Of a DNA stretch of 64,000 nt, positions 61,212-64,000 are shown piece after piece. The stretch's first letter is position 1. Each line of letters begins with the position of its first letter. The notes beneath the pieces are model-generated. The model was not told where the DNA came from. It ran no database searches and saw only the letters and a program-made list of their open reading frames with translations. The DNA comes from an uncultured Acidobacteriaceae bacterium (lineage in GTDB: Bacteria > Acidobacteriota > Terriglobia > Terriglobales > Acidobacteriaceae), in NCBI GenBank assembly GCA_963817165.1, contig CAWFNL010000002.1, forward strand, positions 77,665 to 141,664, in the 5' to 3' direction. The position numbers and the translations under genes are program-made.

Positions 61212-62918
61212 ATGGGACTGCTCCAGCCAAAACTGAGCCTCAAGGTCGCGCAACGGCAGATTCTCACGCCGGGCCTCATGCAGATGGTCAGCGTCCTGGC
61301 TTTGAACAAACTCGAGCTCAAGGAAATGATCCAGGCGGAGATCGCCGAAAACCCCGTTCTCGAAGAATTGGAAGAGAACGTTCCCCTGCTCGACGACGTC
61401 GCCGCTGAGGAAGCGCAGCGCGAGCGCCCGCTGGAAACCCAAACCGCCGACACCCCCAAAGAAAAAGATCCTTTCGACGAAATCGACTTCGGCAGCTATT
61501 TCCAGGATTATCTCGACCCCGGTTTCCGCTCGCCCAACAATTACGAGGAGATTGAAAAGCCGTCGATTGAGAACTTTCTCTCCACTCCGGCCACCCTTAC
61601 CGATCACCTCTTCTGGCAGCTCGGCGCGCTCAGCCTGTCGCCCGCCGTTCGCGAAGCCGCCGAATACCTCATCGGCAATCTGAACGAGGACGGCTACCTC
61701 ACCGCGACCGACGAAGATCTGCTGGGCGGCTATCTGCACGAGCAGATGGAGCCGGACAATTTCGACGCGGCCAAAGGCGAAGTCGCGAAAGCGGTCCAAA
61801 CCCGCGTCGCGGAACTTCCTCCCGCCATGGTCGAACGCGCCCGCCACAATCTGGCGGCGGCCCTCGAAGTCGTGCGAGCCCTCGATCCCATCGGCGTAGC
61901 CACCCGCGATCTTCGCGACTGCCTGCTCGTCCAGGTCGAAGCCCAGAAAAGAGAGTTCGAGCTCATCTTCGCCAAGACCACCCGGGCCAACCGTCGCGCC
62001 GCCATCGCCAAAGCAGCAGAAGAGTCCGAATTGCCGGCCACCAACGGCAACGGCGCTAAATCCGGCGCGCCCAAAGCCGACGAAGCTCCCCACGAAGACC
62101 ACAGCCGCTTCGAAATCTTCGAGCTGGCCACCCGCATCATTGACACCCACATGCTGCTCCTCCAGAAGCGCGATCCCCGCGAGCTTTCCAAAGCCGTCGG
62201 CAAAAGCGTCGAAGAGACCCAGCGCGCCATCGACTTCATTCGCACCCTCGATCCCCGCCCCGGCCAGCGCTACAACCGCAGCGAGGCCCGCCTCATCGAG
62301 CCGGATGTCGCCTTCGTCAAGCGCGGCGATGAGTGGATGGTCGCCATGAACGAAGAAGACCTGCCCACCCTCCGCCTCAACCAGGGCTATCGCCGCCTCC
62401 TCACCCAGGATGGCGCCGAAAAAGACGTCAAGGATTACGTGAAAGAGCGCTACCGCTCCGCGCTGCAGCTTATGCGCAACATCGAGCAGCGCAAAAACAC
62501 CATCCTCCGCACCTGCGAGTCCATCGTCCGCCGTCAGGGCGACTTCCTGGAAAAAGGTGTGGAAGCCCTGAAGCCGATGATGATCAAAGAGGTCGCCGAA
62601 GAGATTGGCGTGCATCCTTCCACCGTCAGCCGCGCGGTTTCCAGCAAGTACGTCCACACTCCGCAGGGCGTCTTCGAGCTGCGTTTCTTCTTCAGCGAAG
62701 GCGTCAACGGTCCTGAAGGCGCAGGCACTCCGCTCATGCTGCTCAAGCGCAAAGTGAAGAAGCTGATTGAAGAGGAAGACCCCAGCAAACCCCTCACCGA
62801 CGACCAGATCGCCGCGCTGCTGCAGGGCCAGGGCATCGACGTTACGCGGCGCACGGTGGCAAAATATCGCGAAGACATGCGCATTCCCAGCACCCATCAG
62901 CGGCGCATTCGCAATTAG
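61212..62918 (+). CDS. rpoN: RNA polymerase sigma-54 factor
   Basis: Region I MGLLQPKLSLKVAQRQILTPGLMQMVSVLALNKLEL, an acidic region II, and the RpoN box TRRTVAKYREDMRIPS. At 568 aa it is long for the family. Confidence 0.95.
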   Translation: MGLLQPKLSLKVAQRQILTPGLMQMVSVLALNKLELKEMIQAEIAENPVLEELEENVPLLDDVAAEEAQRERPLETQTADTPKEKDPFDEIDFGSYFQDYLDPGFRSPNNYEEIEKPSIENFLSTPATLTDHLFWQLGALSLSPAVREAAEYLIGNLNEDGYLTATDEDLLGGYLHEQMEPDNFDAAKGEVAKAVQTRVAELPPAMVERARHNLAAALEVVRALDPIGVATRDLRDCLLVQVEAQKREFELIFAKTTRANRRAAIAKAAEESELPATNGNGAKSGAPKADEAPHEDHSRFEIFELATRIIDTHMLLLQKRDPRELSKAVGKSVEETQRAIDFIRTLDPRPGQRYNRSEARLIEPDVAFVKRGDEWMVAMNEEDLPTLRLNQGYRRLLTQDGAEKDVKDYVKERYRSALQLMRNIEQRKNTILRTCESIVRRQGDFLEKGVEALKPMMIKEVAEEIGVHPSTVSRAVSSKYVHTPQGVFELRFFFSEGVNGPEGAGTPLMLLKRKVKKLIEEEDPSKPLTDDQIAALLQGQGIDVTRRTVAKYREDMRIPSTHQRRIRN

Positions 62919-62964
62919 CAGCGCCGCACCCCGTTCTGGCGTCTCATTCAGAAAGGAGCTTTCC

Positions 62965-63639
62965 ATGCAGGTTGAGTACACAGGAAGGCAGATAACGGTC
63001 ACCGCCGCGCACCGTCGCGTTGGCGATGAGGGCATCGAGCGCATCGTGAAACTGCTGCCCAAACTGGTGGACGCGCACATCGTGCTCACCACCGAGAAAT
63101 ATCGCAAGACCGCCGACGTAACCCTGCGCATGCGTGCCGGCAAAATCGTCGGCTTTGCCGAATCCAACAACATGGAAACGGCCCTGCGCGAAGCGCTGAA
63201 CAAAGCCGAATCCCAGGCCATCCGCCTGCGGAAGAAGCTGCACACCATCAAGCGCCAGCCCAAAGAAGAAAAGATGCAGACCGACAATCTCCCTGTGCGC
63301 GCCCGCAAAGCCGCCCGTTCCCGCGCCGAAGCCGCCGACGCCGAAAACGACCTGCCCGCCGCCCCCGCGCCAGTTTCGGCGCGAGCCAACGGCAAACGTC
63401 CCGCGCGCCAGGTCGTGCCCGTCACCGTGCACACCTTTCCCGCCCGGTCGCCCATCGCCGAGCCCCACATCGTTCGTTCCGCCGACTCCGTCGCGCTGCG
63501 CCCCATGACCGTCGAAGAAGCCGTCAAGGAAGCCGAGTTCCGCGACCGCGACGTCTTCGTCTTCCGCACCAATGAGGGCACCGTCTGCGTCCTGCACCGC
63601 AAACGCGACGGCAAAATGGAGCTGATCGAAGCGCCCTAA
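62965..63639 (+). CDS. hpf: Ribosome hibernation promoting factor, long form
   Basis: AAAGGAG SD upstream of the ATG. The N-terminal S30AE domain is MQVEYTGRQITVT...ADVTLRMRAG. The C-terminal dimerisation domain is RPMTVEEAVKEAEFRDRDVFVFRTNEGTVCVLHRKRDGKMELIE. Confidence 0.9.
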   Translation: MQVEYTGRQITVTAAHRRVGDEGIERIVKLLPKLVDAHIVLTTEKYRKTADVTLRMRAGKIVGFAESNNMETALREALNKAESQAIRLRKKLHTIKRQPKEEKMQTDNLPVRARKAARSRAEAADAENDLPAAPAPVSARANGKRPARQVVPVTVHTFPARSPIAEPHIVRSADSVALRPMTVEEAVKEAEFRDRDVFVFRTNEGTVCVLHRKRDGKMELIEAP

Positions 63640-63747
63640 CCGCAGCCTGCCGCTCCGCCCGTGGGATAAAGTGAAGTGGGCCACAACACCCGAATCTCAT
63701 CGTTTGCCCGAGAGGTCCGCGCCTGCCGCGGCCGTCCCTAAGGAATC

Positions 63748-64000
63748 ATGGCGCTCTGGTCCGCATCCTTTCTCGCCTTCAGCGTTCTCCTCCCGCTCAT
63801 CAATCCCCTCGGCTCCGCGCTGGTGTTCCTGGGCCTTGTCGGCGACGCGCCCCCGGCCGTCTATCACTCCCTGGCCCGCCGCATCGCCATCGCGAACGCC
63901 ATTTTCCTCGGCATCATCGAGCTGCTCGGTTCCGCCATCCTGCATTTCTTCGGCATCTCTCTGCCCATCGTCCAGCTCGCCGGAGGCCTGGTCATCGCCT
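63748..64000 (+). CDS. MarC-family (UPF0056) integral membrane protein; C-terminus lies outside the window
   Basis: Not in the ORF track because no stop is reached. The ATG at 63748 gives MALWSASFLAFSVLLPLINPLGSALVFLGL...GISLPIVQLAGGLVIA, which looks like a MarC N-terminus. Confidence 0.65.
   Translation, partial: MALWSASFLAFSVLLPLINPLGSALVFLGLVGDAPPAVYHSLARRIAIANAIFLGIIELLGSAILHFFGISLPIVQLAGGLVIA

Noticed and set aside
61071-63614. 847-aa minus-strand ORF antisense to rpoN and hpf. Similar long antisense ORFs occur at 55021..57279, 20906..22852, 19199..20752, 38295..39851, 10926..12188, 58404..59612, 5047..6276 and 22905..24182.
   Set aside because: These are typical high-GC shadow ORFs. 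Their translations are low-complexity (Gly/Ala/Arg/Asp-rich) with no motifs. The opposite strand carries genes with unmistakable family signatures.

Overview
This is a high-GC, densely coding bacterial chromosomal segment. It is most likely from Acidobacteriota: it carries three MacB-like 'ADOP' duplicated orphan permease genes, and the overall gene content fits. All protein calls rest on motifs read by eye; no searches were run.

I count about 50 protein-coding genes on both strands. I saw no rRNA, tRNA, CRISPR array, transposase, integrase or prophage signal.

Housekeeping blocks:
- cdsA-dxr-rseP
- dnaE
- rapZ
- an LptC/LptA-like gene followed by lptB-rpoN-hpf

Accessory and signalling blocks:
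- a decayed nonulosonic-acid-type sugar cluster (4,6-dehydratase, neuC-like, DegT-like)
- an orphan CheB / HTH / CheB-CheR-PAS module with no chemotaxis core
- a response-regulator cluster containing a REC-TrxR-like fusion and a cNMP-binding histidine kinase, with a near-consensus sigma-54 promoter in front of the kinase
- a glycoside hydrolase + sugar isomerase pair
- an orphan motAB pair
- a GAF-ANTAR regulator

Non-coding signals:
- a 54-nt double-hairpin repeat present twice (52/54 identical), each time between convergent genes
- a 456-bp intergenic region with a minus-strand intrinsic terminator lying upstream of a regulator gene
- one clean plus-strand terminator

Six genes can only be read by changing frame: neuC-like, DegT-like, pruA, REC-TrxR, an M61 peptidase and one ADOP. 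That is about 21 frame changes in total, and 16 of them fall in two genes. The sequence alone cannot tell whether these are real pseudogenes or assembly indels.
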